Source: an uncultured virus (IMG/VR IMGVR_UViG_3300042502_001066)
Lineage: Duplodnaviria; Heunggongvirae; Uroviricota; Caudoviricetes
IMG/VR virus record: IMGVR_UViG_3300042502_001066
Direction: 5' to 3' (one strand)
Length of the DNA: 64,000 bases
The notes beneath the pieces were generated by a model. It searched no databases and had not been told where the DNA came from. It saw nothing but the letters and a program-made list of their open reading frames with translations. The position numbers and the translations under genes were made by a program. This document shows, piece by piece, positions 31,279 through 41,026 of this stretch; the stretch's first letter is position 1; every line of letters starts with the position of its first letter.

Positions 31279-33885
31279 ATGAAGAAAATATTATTTATAG
31301 TCCCACACCTATCTACTGGGGGACTACCACAGGTTACTACGAATAAGATTCAACTTCTTAAAGACGATTATATTATAAAGTGTGTTGAATACGGGTGTTA
31401 TTCTTGGGATTTTGTTGTTCAGAAGAACAGAATTAAAAATATGATTGGTGAGGACAATCTTATTACTCTATGGGATGATAAGAATGTTTTAATTGATGTT
31501 ATTAACGATTTCCAACCTGACATTATATCAATGGAGGAGTTCCCTGAATTTTTCATGGATAATAACATTACAAGACAAATTTATAGACAAAATCGTCCAT
31601 ATAAAATATTTGAAACCACGCACGATTCAAGTTTTAAACCAACATCTAAGGTTTGGTTTCCTGACAAGTTTATCTTTGTTAGTGTGTTTAATGCTATTCA
31701 GTATTCAATGTTTGACATACCTTATGAGGTAATTGAGTATCCTATTGAAAACAGAGAAAAAAGAAAGAACATGCTCCAAGAAAAACTTGGGTTCGATAAA
31801 GGGTGGAAACATGTTGTTAATGTTGGGTTATTCACTGAAAGAAAAAATCAAAAATACATTTTTGAAATTGCTCGTAAGTTAGAAAATAGTAAAATTAAAT
31901 TTCATTTCATTGGAAATCAGGCAGATAACTTTAGAAGTTATTGGGAACCACTGATGAATAACAAACCTGAAAACTGTATTATTTGGGGTGAAAAGGATAA
32001 TGTAAATGAATTTTTGGAAGCGTCCGATTTGTTTATGTTCCCATCAAAAGGGGATAGAAATAATAAAGAATTAAATCCAATTGCCATTAAGGAGGCTATT
32101 GAATATGGTATTCCTATGATGATGTATAATTTGGATGTGTATTGTGGAAAATATGATAAACTACCTCAAGTTACATTTTTAACTGGAGATATAGATAAAG
32201 ATGTAAATAATATGATGGATGTATTAAATGTTGGGGGTATTGACTCTCTTTTCAGTTTTGATTTTAATGGTGATAATAATCAGATTACCATTAACTATAC
32301 CGGCAATAAAAAGTTTGATTTTAATGTTAGTATTAGAGACATAACTTCAAAGGCTCCGATGTATTGGTTTAATTTACCTTTGGAATACCCAATATTTTAT
32401 TGGACAATGCCTATCCCAATTCATATTAAAAAATTCAAAGACAATCCTAACTTTAGAGGATTTTTAGTTGAGTTCTATGATGTGGAAACAAACGAATTAG
32501 TTTTTGGTCAAGAGTTAATTGTTAATCCTAATTTCTACCCAAGAATACCTGAATTTAAATTTAAACCTTTGGATTGTAATTACATTAACTATTATGAGTT
32601 TTTTGTTGATAGATGTTTTGATGATTTAAAGTTAGAAAATCTTGATACTGTAATTGATATTGGTGCTAATGTTGGGTTATTCGCTAAGTACATGTATACC
32701 ATAAATGCTAAAAAAGTTATTTTAGTTGAGGCAAATCCATACCTAAGGGAAAGTATTGAATATCATTTAGATGGTGATTTATCTAAATCAACCATTTATA
32801 TGAACCCTGTTTACAAGGAACATACCAAGATTGATTTCAGATTTTCAAAAGAAAATTCAACTATTGGGTCAAATGTTTTTGACGGTAATGTGGGAGAATA
32901 TGGTCAACTTAACAATTTAATTAGTTGTGACACTATTACTATTGATGATATCTACAAAGATAATGACTATGGTAGAATATCATTATTTAAATGTGATATT
33001 GAGGGTGGTGAATACCCAATTTTTGAATCAATTACTGATGAACAGATTGGATTGGTGGATAGATTTATGATTGAGTTTCATGAAAATACCAATGGACAAA
33101 TTAATATCATACTTGAAAAACTTGAAAAAAATGATTTTGAATATGATATTATCATTTATGAAATGGGACGTAAAACTAAAGCGGATAAAAACGCTAAACA
33201 TGGAGTAATCTTTGCTAAACCTAAAAATAAAGTTAACAATGACATTTTAGATTTTTCACAAAACAATGAACAGGAAATAATTCTATCATTTTTTGATGGG
33301 GAAGACCCAAAAACAAATAAATTTTTAGATATTGGTGCGAATGACGGTAAAACATTTTCAAATACACACGCGCTTGCATTATTAGGATGGGATGGAGTTT
33401 GTGTTGAACCTACCCAAACTGCTTTTTTAAAATTACAGAATTTATATAAAAAAAATAAAAATATTAAATGTATTAATGCGGGTGTTTCAAATAAAACAGA
33501 TGTGATAAATATACATGAAAGTTTGAACTGGGATGTGAGCGATGCTCCGCAGGGAATATTATCTACTATACATCCTGAAAATAAAGAAAGATTTATTGGA
33601 ATGAGTTGGAAAGAAAATCAAATAATAGTATACAATTTTAATGATATTGTTGAATATTATGATTTAGAAAAAGATACCTATGATTTCATTAATATTGACG
33701 TTGAAGGGCATGAATTAATTGTAATAGATGAAATACAAAATAAATTAAAAAAATGTAGATTATTGTGTGTTGAAAAAACTAATGATGAAAATAGTAATCA
33801 AAAAATAATACAAAAACTACATGAATTTGGATTTACAATTACGCATACAACAACTGATAATTATATTGCTAAAAAAATAAAATAA
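31279..33885 (+). CDS. GT4-type glycosyltransferase fused to two FkbM-family methyltransferase domains
   Basis: VGLFTERKNQ...FMFPS...EAIEYG; DIGANVG...KCDIEGGE; DIGANDG...NIDVEGHE. Confidence 0.8.
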   Translation: MKKILFIVPHLSTGGLPQVTTNKIQLLKDDYIIKCVEYGCYSWDFVVQKNRIKNMIGEDNLITLWDDKNVLIDVINDFQPDIISMEEFPEFFMDNNITRQIYRQNRPYKIFETTHDSSFKPTSKVWFPDKFIFVSVFNAIQYSMFDIPYEVIEYPIENREKRKNMLQEKLGFDKGWKHVVNVGLFTERKNQKYIFEIARKLENSKIKFHFIGNQADNFRSYWEPLMNNKPENCIIWGEKDNVNEFLEASDLFMFPSKGDRNNKELNPIAIKEAIEYGIPMMMYNLDVYCGKYDKLPQVTFLTGDIDKDVNNMMDVLNVGGIDSLFSFDFNGDNNQITINYTGNKKFDFNVSIRDITSKAPMYWFNLPLEYPIFYWTMPIPIHIKKFKDNPNFRGFLVEFYDVETNELVFGQELIVNPNFYPRIPEFKFKPLDCNYINYYEFFVDRCFDDLKLENLDTVIDIGANVGLFAKYMYTINAKKVILVEANPYLRESIEYHLDGDLSKSTIYMNPVYKEHTKIDFRFSKENSTIGSNVFDGNVGEYGQLNNLISCDTITIDDIYKDNDYGRISLFKCDIEGGEYPIFESITDEQIGLVDRFMIEFHENTNGQINIILEKLEKNDFEYDIIIYEMGRKTKADKNAKHGVIFAKPKNKVNNDILDFSQNNEQEIILSFFDGEDPKTNKFLDIGANDGKTFSNTHALALLGWDGVCVEPTQTAFLKLQNLYKKNKNIKCINAGVSNKTDVINIHESLNWDVSDAPQGILSTIHPENKERFIGMSWKENQIIVYNFNDIVEYYDLEKDTYDFINIDVEGHELIVIDEIQNKLKKCRLLCVEKTNDENSNQKIIQKLHEFGFTITHTTTDNYIAKKIK

Positions 33886-33886
33886 T

Positions 33887-34540
33887 ATGAAATTAAGAAC
33901 ACCTGGTACATTGTCATCATCGGTTTACGATGTCACAAAAAAATTTGAAGAACAATTAGCTGAATATGCTGGTGCACCATATGCTGTTACAGTTGATAAT
34001 CAAAGTAACGCTTTATTTTTAGCGTTGTATTATGAGAAAATTAATGGTAAAACAATTAAAATACCAAGTAGAACATACCCGTCAGTACCTTGCGAGATTA
34101 TCCACGCTGGAGGTAAAGTCGAGTTTGAACCTGTTTATGGGTCAACATTAAAAGGAGCGTATCAACTATCACCAACAAATGTTTGGGATTCGGCATTAAG
34201 ATTTACAAGTGATATGTATATACCAGGAACACATATGTGTTTATCATTTACAGGCCCATATAAACACTTAAAACTTGGTAAAGGTGGTGCAATCTTAACT
34301 GACGATTTTGAGGCTTACAAGTGGTTTAAACGAGCGAGATATTCAGGTAGGAATGAAGTATCGTATCATGATGATAATTTTGATATGTTAGGATGGAATT
34401 TTTACATGATGCCTGAAATTGCTTCAAGAGGTTTATTACTTATGAATCAATTTTATAACATGGATGGTACACCTAAACATAATGAAGATTTGGAACTACC
34501 ATATCCTGACTTATCAAAATTTGAAATATATAAAAAATAA
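33887..34540 (+). CDS. Short DegT/DnrJ/EryC1/StrS-family PLP-dependent sugar aminotransferase
   Basis: FEEQLAEY.G...AVTV, DSA, SF..PYKHL..GKGGAILTDD; only 217 aa. Confidence 0.75.
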   Translation: MKLRTPGTLSSSVYDVTKKFEEQLAEYAGAPYAVTVDNQSNALFLALYYEKINGKTIKIPSRTYPSVPCEIIHAGGKVEFEPVYGSTLKGAYQLSPTNVWDSALRFTSDMYIPGTHMCLSFTGPYKHLKLGKGGAILTDDFEAYKWFKRARYSGRNEVSYHDDNFDMLGWNFYMMPEIASRGLLLMNQFYNMDGTPKHNEDLELPYPDLSKFEIYKK

Positions 34541-35103
34541 TGGGATTTTATAGTAAAAATGAGTTGGTCGAAATAGGTTTCAAATCTATTGGGGATAATG
34601 TTTTAATTTCTAATAGATGTTCAATTTATAATCCTAAAAATATTGAATTGGGTAATAATGTTAGAATTGATGATTTTTGTGTGATAAGTGCTGGTAATGG
34701 AGGAATTAAGTTAGGTAATAATGTCCATATTGCAATTTTCTGTAGTTTAATGGGTAATGAAGAAATTGTAATGAAAGATTTTTCAGGACTATCTTCTAGA
34801 GTATCCATATATACATCAACAGATGATTATAGTGGGGAATTCATGACAAATCCCACAGTTAATAAAGAATTTACAAATGTGATTTCAGGTAAAGTCATAT
34901 TAGGTAAACATGTTATTATTGGTGCGGGTACTATAATATTACCAAATGTTGAGATTGAAGATTATAGTGCTATAGGTAGTTTATCATTAGTAAATAAAAA
35001 CATATCTGAGTCTAAAATTGCGGTTGGAATACCGGCTAAAGAAATAAAGGATAGAAAAAAAAATATAATAAATTTAGAATGCGAGTATCTGAAAAAATTT
35101 TAA
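34540..35103 (+). CDS. Hexapeptide-repeat sugar acyltransferase
   Basis: IGDNVLIS, LGNNVRID, VIIGAGTIILP, GIPAK. Confidence 0.8.
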   Translation: MGFYSKNELVEIGFKSIGDNVLISNRCSIYNPKNIELGNNVRIDDFCVISAGNGGIKLGNNVHIAIFCSLMGNEEIVMKDFSGLSSRVSIYTSTDDYSGEFMTNPTVNKEFTNVISGKVILGKHVIIGAGTIILPNVEIEDYSAIGSLSLVNKNISESKIAVGIPAKEIKDRKKNIINLECEYLKKF

Positions 35104-35447
35104 TTTCTGAAGATATGGTTAAAGATTTCTCTGAGTTATCAGGAGATAAAAACCCAATACACTTAGATGAGGAATACGCTAAATCAACTATTTTTGGTAA
35201 AAGAGTTGCTCACGGGATGTTATTAAGTTCCTTTTTTTCAAGATTGATATCTGAAGTATATCCTGGTAAGGGTTCAATATATCTACAACAAAATTTGATT
35301 TTTAAAAACCCTTGTTTTATTAATGATGAAATTGAGGTGATTGTAGAACTTGATAAAAAAGACGGAAATAAGTTTTTTTTAAAAACAATAATTTTTAAAG
35401 ATGATGAAATTTTAATTGAGGGGAATGCAATAATTCTAAAAAAATAA
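35079..35447 (+). CDS. MaoC-family dehydratase
   Basis: SGDKNPIHLD...FGKRVAHGML hotdog motif. Confidence 0.88.
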   Translation: MRVSEKILISEDMVKDFSELSGDKNPIHLDEEYAKSTIFGKRVAHGMLLSSFFSRLISEVYPGKGSIYLQQNLIFKNPCFINDEIEVIVELDKKDGNKFFLKTIIFKDDEILIEGNAIILKK

Positions 35448-35459
35448 TAGGGATAAATA

Positions 35460-37196
35460 ATGAAAAAAATACTTACGGTAGTAGTACCATCTTATAATTT
35501 TGAAAAATATATTGAAGAGTGTATTGATTCAATATACTCTCAAAAAATTAATTATGGGTTTGATGTGATAGTAAGGGATGATGGGTCGACAGATAATACT
35601 AAAGATGTTTTAATTAAATTAAAAGAAAAATACCCTAATTTAATAATTTTAAATGGTGATACTAATTTAGGAGGTTTTGAAAATATTAGAACTTTATTAA
35701 ATTACTGTAAAACAAAATACATTGCTTATATTGACGGAGATGATTATTTTGATAATTATACAATCTTAAATGAAGAAGTTGAATTTTTAGAGAACAGTCC
35801 AAATTATAGTATGGTTTGTACAGGAACAAGATATTTGCATCCCGATGGTACCAAGATACCTACAGTTCCTGAATTGTTTATTAGTTCATTTCTTGACGAT
35901 ATAACTACAGATGATTTATTAACTATTAATCATGCATCTTTTGCGAGGGTATTTAGAAACATACCAAATTTAATTAAAGATTATTTTACAAATTTACCTT
36001 ATGTTGATTGGCCGCTTAATTATGAAATTAGTAAACACGGTTTAATTAAGTGTATTCATAAATGTGGGGGAATTTATCGAATATCAAATGATGGTATGTT
36101 TTCAAATATTTCGGAAGAAGAAAAAAACAAAAAAAACATAATAGTTTCTAATGAACTCAAAAGACAAAATATTAAAGATGAATTTAAAACAATAACAATA
36201 GTCGATTGTTTTATCCATAATGAAAATGTTTTAAATAAGTTGGAGTTATGTATTAATAACTTAAAAAAGTATAACCATACAATACTTCTTGTGTCTAATA
36301 CTATTGTTCCTGAACATATATTAAAAATTGTTGATTATCATTTATATAACTCAAATAACATTCTTTTTGAAGGTGAATACACTAATTCCGAACCAGTTAT
36401 TTTTTGGAAAAACCTTGGTTCATTAACAACTCATGAAGTTACAAATACAATACAAAAACATGGATTACCTGTTATGGTTAATTTGTTTAACTCATTAGAT
36501 TTGTGTAAGTCATTTGGGTTTACACATTTCCAAAGAATTGAAGTTGATGATTTATATAGTGAAGAAGGTTATGAATATATGACAACTGTACCAGTGATTT
36601 GTTCTACTCAAAACAAAAAGGGAATGTTTTATTTTAATGAAGGTAGAGATGTTTCGTTCCATTATTTTTATTGTGAAATAGAATACTTCCAACAGATAAT
36701 TAATAGGATTAATTGTGAGGAAGATTATAAAAATTATTTACAAAATAATGGATTTGGTACTGATTTTATTAATGTTGAAAAATATCTTTATCACAATATT
36801 AATCAAAAAGATAATGGATTTTTGATTAGAAAAAATGGTGAAATATCCATGAATGAAGATTTTGTGGGTACGATTTGGAATACTGAAACGACAGTTAGTA
36901 ATATATCATCAAAGTTTAACGGATGCTCAATTAAAATTTATAATATTTTAGGACAAGATTCTAAAATGGTATTATCGTATAATTACAATAATTTTAAATC
37001 AGAAAGAAAAATAATTGTTAATTTTTTAGATGATAGTAATGAAACTTATTATTATACTTTGGAAAATTATGGTCATTGGTCATTTAATATTTTTAATAGT
37101 GAAATTAAAAAAGTATCGGTATATGACACTCAGACAAATGAATTTTTATACGATATTATAAATGAAAATATTCTTGATTATGTGGTATTTTCTTAA
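35460..37196 (+). CDS. GT2 glycosyltransferase, multidomain
   Basis: VVVPSYN, DDGSTD, YIDGDD. Confidence 0.8.
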   Translation: MKKILTVVVPSYNFEKYIEECIDSIYSQKINYGFDVIVRDDGSTDNTKDVLIKLKEKYPNLIILNGDTNLGGFENIRTLLNYCKTKYIAYIDGDDYFDNYTILNEEVEFLENSPNYSMVCTGTRYLHPDGTKIPTVPELFISSFLDDITTDDLLTINHASFARVFRNIPNLIKDYFTNLPYVDWPLNYEISKHGLIKCIHKCGGIYRISNDGMFSNISEEEKNKKNIIVSNELKRQNIKDEFKTITIVDCFIHNENVLNKLELCINNLKKYNHTILLVSNTIVPEHILKIVDYHLYNSNNILFEGEYTNSEPVIFWKNLGSLTTHEVTNTIQKHGLPVMVNLFNSLDLCKSFGFTHFQRIEVDDLYSEEGYEYMTTVPVICSTQNKKGMFYFNEGRDVSFHYFYCEIEYFQQIINRINCEEDYKNYLQNNGFGTDFINVEKYLYHNINQKDNGFLIRKNGEISMNEDFVGTIWNTETTVSNISSKFNGCSIKIYNILGQDSKMVLSYNYNNFKSERKIIVNFLDDSNETYYYTLENYGHWSFNIFNSEIKKVSVYDTQTNEFLYDIINENILDYVVFS

Positions 37197-37212
37197 TTTT
37201 AAAATTTAAAAA

Positions 37213-38010
37213 ATGTATAATAATAAAAAAATATCTTTAACAATAATGTCTTGTAAAAGACTACATTTCTTAAGACGTGTTATTAAAGCATTTTCTGTTT
37301 TTTGTTTAGATACGGAAATAATAGATGATATAATTTTCTTTGACGACTCATCTAATAATGACGATAAAAGAGAAATGGAAAAATTACTAAATGATTATTT
37401 TCCAAATACAAACAAAATCATCACTCACTTTTACCCGAATTCATTTCCTGATAATTTTAGACACGCTAGAGTATTAAATTCTTGGAGAGATAAATTAATC
37501 GAGACTGATTCTGATTATTGTTTTTTATTGGAGGATGATTATCTTTTTATGGATTTATTCAAGATTACTGAAGCGATAGATGCGTTAAGTTTAAATAATG
37601 GTTATGCTTATTTTGGATATTCTCAGAGTTTTAAAAAATTTCCTGATAATATCAAACCTGTTGAATATGAAAATTATTGGGAGTGGTACTATGACCCAAA
37701 TTTACCATTGAATTGTAATTTATTTTATGATGATGTTTCGGCATTACAAGTAGTTCAAACACCTGACTTATGGTTAACATATATTAACTGGCCAAGTTTT
37801 TCATTAAGACCTGGTGTTCATAATGTCAAAAAACTATTGTCAATAGGGGAATTTTCAACAACATTCAATCCAAATGAAACTAAAGTTGAATTGGAATTTG
37901 CTGAAAGGTGGTCAAAAAAATATAAATCTTTATGTCATAAAAGATTCCACATTATCAATTTAGGTTTTGAACCATCAACAAGTGCTTATACAATAAATAA
38001 ATCAGAATAA
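37213..38010 (+). CDS. GT-A fold glycosyltransferase
   Basis: SCKR, FFDDSS, LLEDDY. Confidence 0.65.
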   Translation: MYNNKKISLTIMSCKRLHFLRRVIKAFSVFCLDTEIIDDIIFFDDSSNNDDKREMEKLLNDYFPNTNKIITHFYPNSFPDNFRHARVLNSWRDKLIETDSDYCFLLEDDYLFMDLFKITEAIDALSLNNGYAYFGYSQSFKKFPDNIKPVEYENYWEWYYDPNLPLNCNLFYDDVSALQVVQTPDLWLTYINWPSFSLRPGVHNVKKLLSIGEFSTTFNPNETKVELEFAERWSKKYKSLCHKRFHIINLGFEPSTSAYTINKSE

Positions 38011-38014
38011 TAAT

Positions 38015-39610
38015 ATGAAGTTTAATTTAATTAGATTGGAAGAAAAACGATTAATTACAGAATCTGTTTGTGAAATACATTATAGTGTTGAAAATCCAAT
38101 CAGTAATGAAAGTACTATAAAATTAACTATACTAGACCCATTTTTTAATATCGAATACATACCAGGTTCGGACACTGTTACAATTCCAAATAATATTAAT
38201 TTTTGGACTCGATTTAGTGTTGATGAAATTGATAATAATGAAAAACCTAATTTAAAATTTGGTGTTAGAATTAAAGTTGAAGATTTAAGTACTAATCAAA
38301 TAATATATGATGAGGTAATTAAGACTCACCATAAATCTTTTGAAATGCGTAATCATTCTTTATCTAATCCTGAATATCTTAAAAGAGCTTGGATTATAGG
38401 GGATTCAAACGCTTGGGCTAGTTTTGGCGATACTAATAATAAATTTGATAGGGTAGGGAGACATGTACCTATAAGGGTTAGTCAGACTTCATTAAGTTTA
38501 AATCGATTTGTTAATGGTGACTTCTTAGGGTTACTTGATTCTCTTCCGATACAAGAAAAAGATGTTTTAGTGTTCTATTTGGGTGAGATAGATTTCAGAT
38601 ACACAATTCATAAACATTGTGAAAACAAGAACATTACTTTAAAAGAAGCTTGTTTAGAGTTGATGGATAGTTACTTTAATTCAATTTTAAAAATTAAAGA
38701 AATTTATAATAATCGTATTGTTATATTGTCACCTAATCCACCGATGAGAGATGGATTTTTATATGAATATATATTAGGAACTGAAGATGATAGAAAACTT
38801 TGTTTTAAATTATTCGATACATATTGGAAAAATAAAATTGGTTTTATTGAATATTTGGATTGGACTAAAGACTATACACTACCTGATGGATTAGTTGACA
38901 CATCTAAACTATGTAATAATAATCACCATATTCGTTATTACGATTCAATAGTGAATTTATTATCTAAACAACTTTCTAAATCAACAAAAACAAATATTAT
39001 AAAAACTAATGAACCAAAAGAGTTAGTGGATTATTGTTTGGATTTTGATTTGATGGAAAAATGTATTTTCATGCAGGTGTATGAAGAAATATTAACATTA
39101 TCCTATTGGCTAGGAGGGTTTAAACCTCATAATATATTAGAAATTGGGACAATGGGTAGTACCTTTTGGTTGATGTCAAAACTATCAACGGGTAAGAAAG
39201 TTTCAGTAGATATTGAACCAAGACAATCAATTATACATCATTTTATGCACGGAGAAGATTGGAAATTCTTCCAAGGGGACTCACATACTAAAGATATGTT
39301 TGAACAAGTAAAAGATTTTTGTCCAAAATACGATTTTATTTTTATTGATGGTGACCACACATATGATGGTGTTAAACATGATTTTGAATTATATAAAAAT
39401 TTATTATCACCACGTGGTGTGATTGGTTTCCACGACATTGACCCTAACCATATATTCGCCGATAGTTACGCCGGTCAGGTTTATAAATTTTGGCAAGATT
39501 TAGATGAAGGTACAAAAATTAATTTAGTATGTACTAAGTCATCTGGTAATGTTAAATTAAATGGTCAACACTCACAAGGGTTTGGTGGTATTGGATTATG
39601 GAGACCGTAA
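38015..39610 (+). CDS. SGNH-like domain fused to class I SAM methyltransferase
   Basis: IIGDSN...GEIDFR; ILEIGT...FIDGDHTY...FHDI. Confidence 0.7.
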   Translation: MKFNLIRLEEKRLITESVCEIHYSVENPISNESTIKLTILDPFFNIEYIPGSDTVTIPNNINFWTRFSVDEIDNNEKPNLKFGVRIKVEDLSTNQIIYDEVIKTHHKSFEMRNHSLSNPEYLKRAWIIGDSNAWASFGDTNNKFDRVGRHVPIRVSQTSLSLNRFVNGDFLGLLDSLPIQEKDVLVFYLGEIDFRYTIHKHCENKNITLKEACLELMDSYFNSILKIKEIYNNRIVILSPNPPMRDGFLYEYILGTEDDRKLCFKLFDTYWKNKIGFIEYLDWTKDYTLPDGLVDTSKLCNNNHHIRYYDSIVNLLSKQLSKSTKTNIIKTNEPKELVDYCLDFDLMEKCIFMQVYEEILTLSYWLGGFKPHNILEIGTMGSTFWLMSKLSTGKKVSVDIEPRQSIIHHFMHGEDWKFFQGDSHTKDMFEQVKDFCPKYDFIFIDGDHTYDGVKHDFELYKNLLSPRGVIGFHDIDPNHIFADSYAGQVYKFWQDLDEGTKINLVCTKSSGNVKLNGQHSQGFGGIGLWRP

Positions 39611-40338
39611 AAAATCATATGAATTATAAGATTAAATTAGTTCATTTACAGACAACACAGAATGAACATAGAGAAAAAGAATCAAGAAAATCTGTACAAC
39701 AGGTAATCCCTTATGGTATTGAATATGTTTTACATCAGAACGAGTTATATGCTTCTTTACCTCCAATTCATACTAGTGTTAGACCACATAATGTTAGAAT
39801 GGGTAAGTATGAAGATGTTAATGACCCTGAATATGGTAACGCTTTAACACCGGCTCACTACGGATGTTTTGAAGCATTTAAAATAGGTATCTTATCTGAA
39901 TTTGATAATGATTTAGATTTCTTAATTGTCTGTGAAGGTGATTGTATTATAGAAGTTCCGATTGAGGAGTTTATAGATAAAGTTAATCAGGTGTGTAGTA
40001 TTGTTAATCAGGAAGACATTTCTTATTTTTCATTCGGTGATACTAAAACCTTAGATTATGGATGGCACCAATCTGATGTGGTTAGGGAAATACCAAATCA
40101 AGATTTATTGTTTATTACAAATAAAATAATTGGTTTACAATGTATAATGTTTTCAAAGAAATCACGTAAAACAATAATGAACCAGTTGAGAACACATAGA
40201 TGGGATTGTGCTGACACGTTTTTCAATATAATATGTTCAGAACAAAGATTGACCATGGGTGTTTTAAATAAAAGAATAACAACTCAAGTAGATGGTGAGT
40301 CATTTATAGATAAAGAATATAAAGTTTTTACAAAATAG
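39598..40338 (+). CDS. GT25-like glycosyltransferase
   Basis: HYGCFEAF...LIVCEGD pattern. Confidence 0.55.
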   Translation: METVKNHMNYKIKLVHLQTTQNEHREKESRKSVQQVIPYGIEYVLHQNELYASLPPIHTSVRPHNVRMGKYEDVNDPEYGNALTPAHYGCFEAFKIGILSEFDNDLDFLIVCEGDCIIEVPIEEFIDKVNQVCSIVNQEDISYFSFGDTKTLDYGWHQSDVVREIPNQDLLFITNKIIGLQCIMFSKKSRKTIMNQLRTHRWDCADTFFNIICSEQRLTMGVLNKRITTQVDGESFIDKEYKVFTK

Positions 40339-40339
40339 T

Positions 40340-41026
40340 ATGAAAAATTTAAAAATCCTATTTAATTTTGCAACAAGGAGTAGACCTAAAAAATTTATTA
40401 ATGTAATTAATGAGTTATGTGATAAATTATACGATTATGAAAATTGTATAATTTTAGTCTCAATAGATAATGACGATGATACAATGAATTCAGATGAAAT
40501 TAAAAATTTTATTTTAAATCATAGATATTCAAGTATTATAAAAGTATTTTCATCGGACTCTAAAGGTAAAATAATTGCCACAAATTATAATATTAATAAA
40601 ATATCTGATTGGGATATTGTTATGAATATTGCTGACGATTTTGAATTTCCTAAAGAAAATATTGATTTACATATTAGAAAATATATGTTAGAGTTTTACC
40701 CTGATTTAGACGGTATTTTACATTTTCCTGATGGTATACAAAATGAATTAATTTGTACACATCCTGTTATGGGTAGAAAATATTATGAAAGATTTGGTTA
40801 TATATTTAACCCTATTTATTATTCTTTTTACTGTGATGATGAACTTACTCAAGTCGGTAAAATTTTAAATAAAATAACATATATTGGTGATTTTATTTAT
40901 TTACATAAACATTATTATTTTAACCCAGGGTCAATGGATGAACTAGATATTGAGAATGAAAAATATGCTTCAACAGATAGGGAAACTTATGATAAAAGAA
41001 AAAATGAAAATTTTAGTTTAATATGA
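40340..41026 (+). CDS. GT-A fold glycosyltransferase
   Basis: ATRSRP, IDNDD, IADDF, FYCDDE. Confidence 0.65.
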   Translation: MKNLKILFNFATRSRPKKFINVINELCDKLYDYENCIILVSIDNDDDTMNSDEIKNFILNHRYSSIIKVFSSDSKGKIIATNYNINKISDWDIVMNIADDFEFPKENIDLHIRKYMLEFYPDLDGILHFPDGIQNELICTHPVMGRKYYERFGYIFNPIYYSFYCDDELTQVGKILNKITYIGDFIYLHKHYYFNPGSMDELDIENEKYASTDRETYDKRKNENFSLI

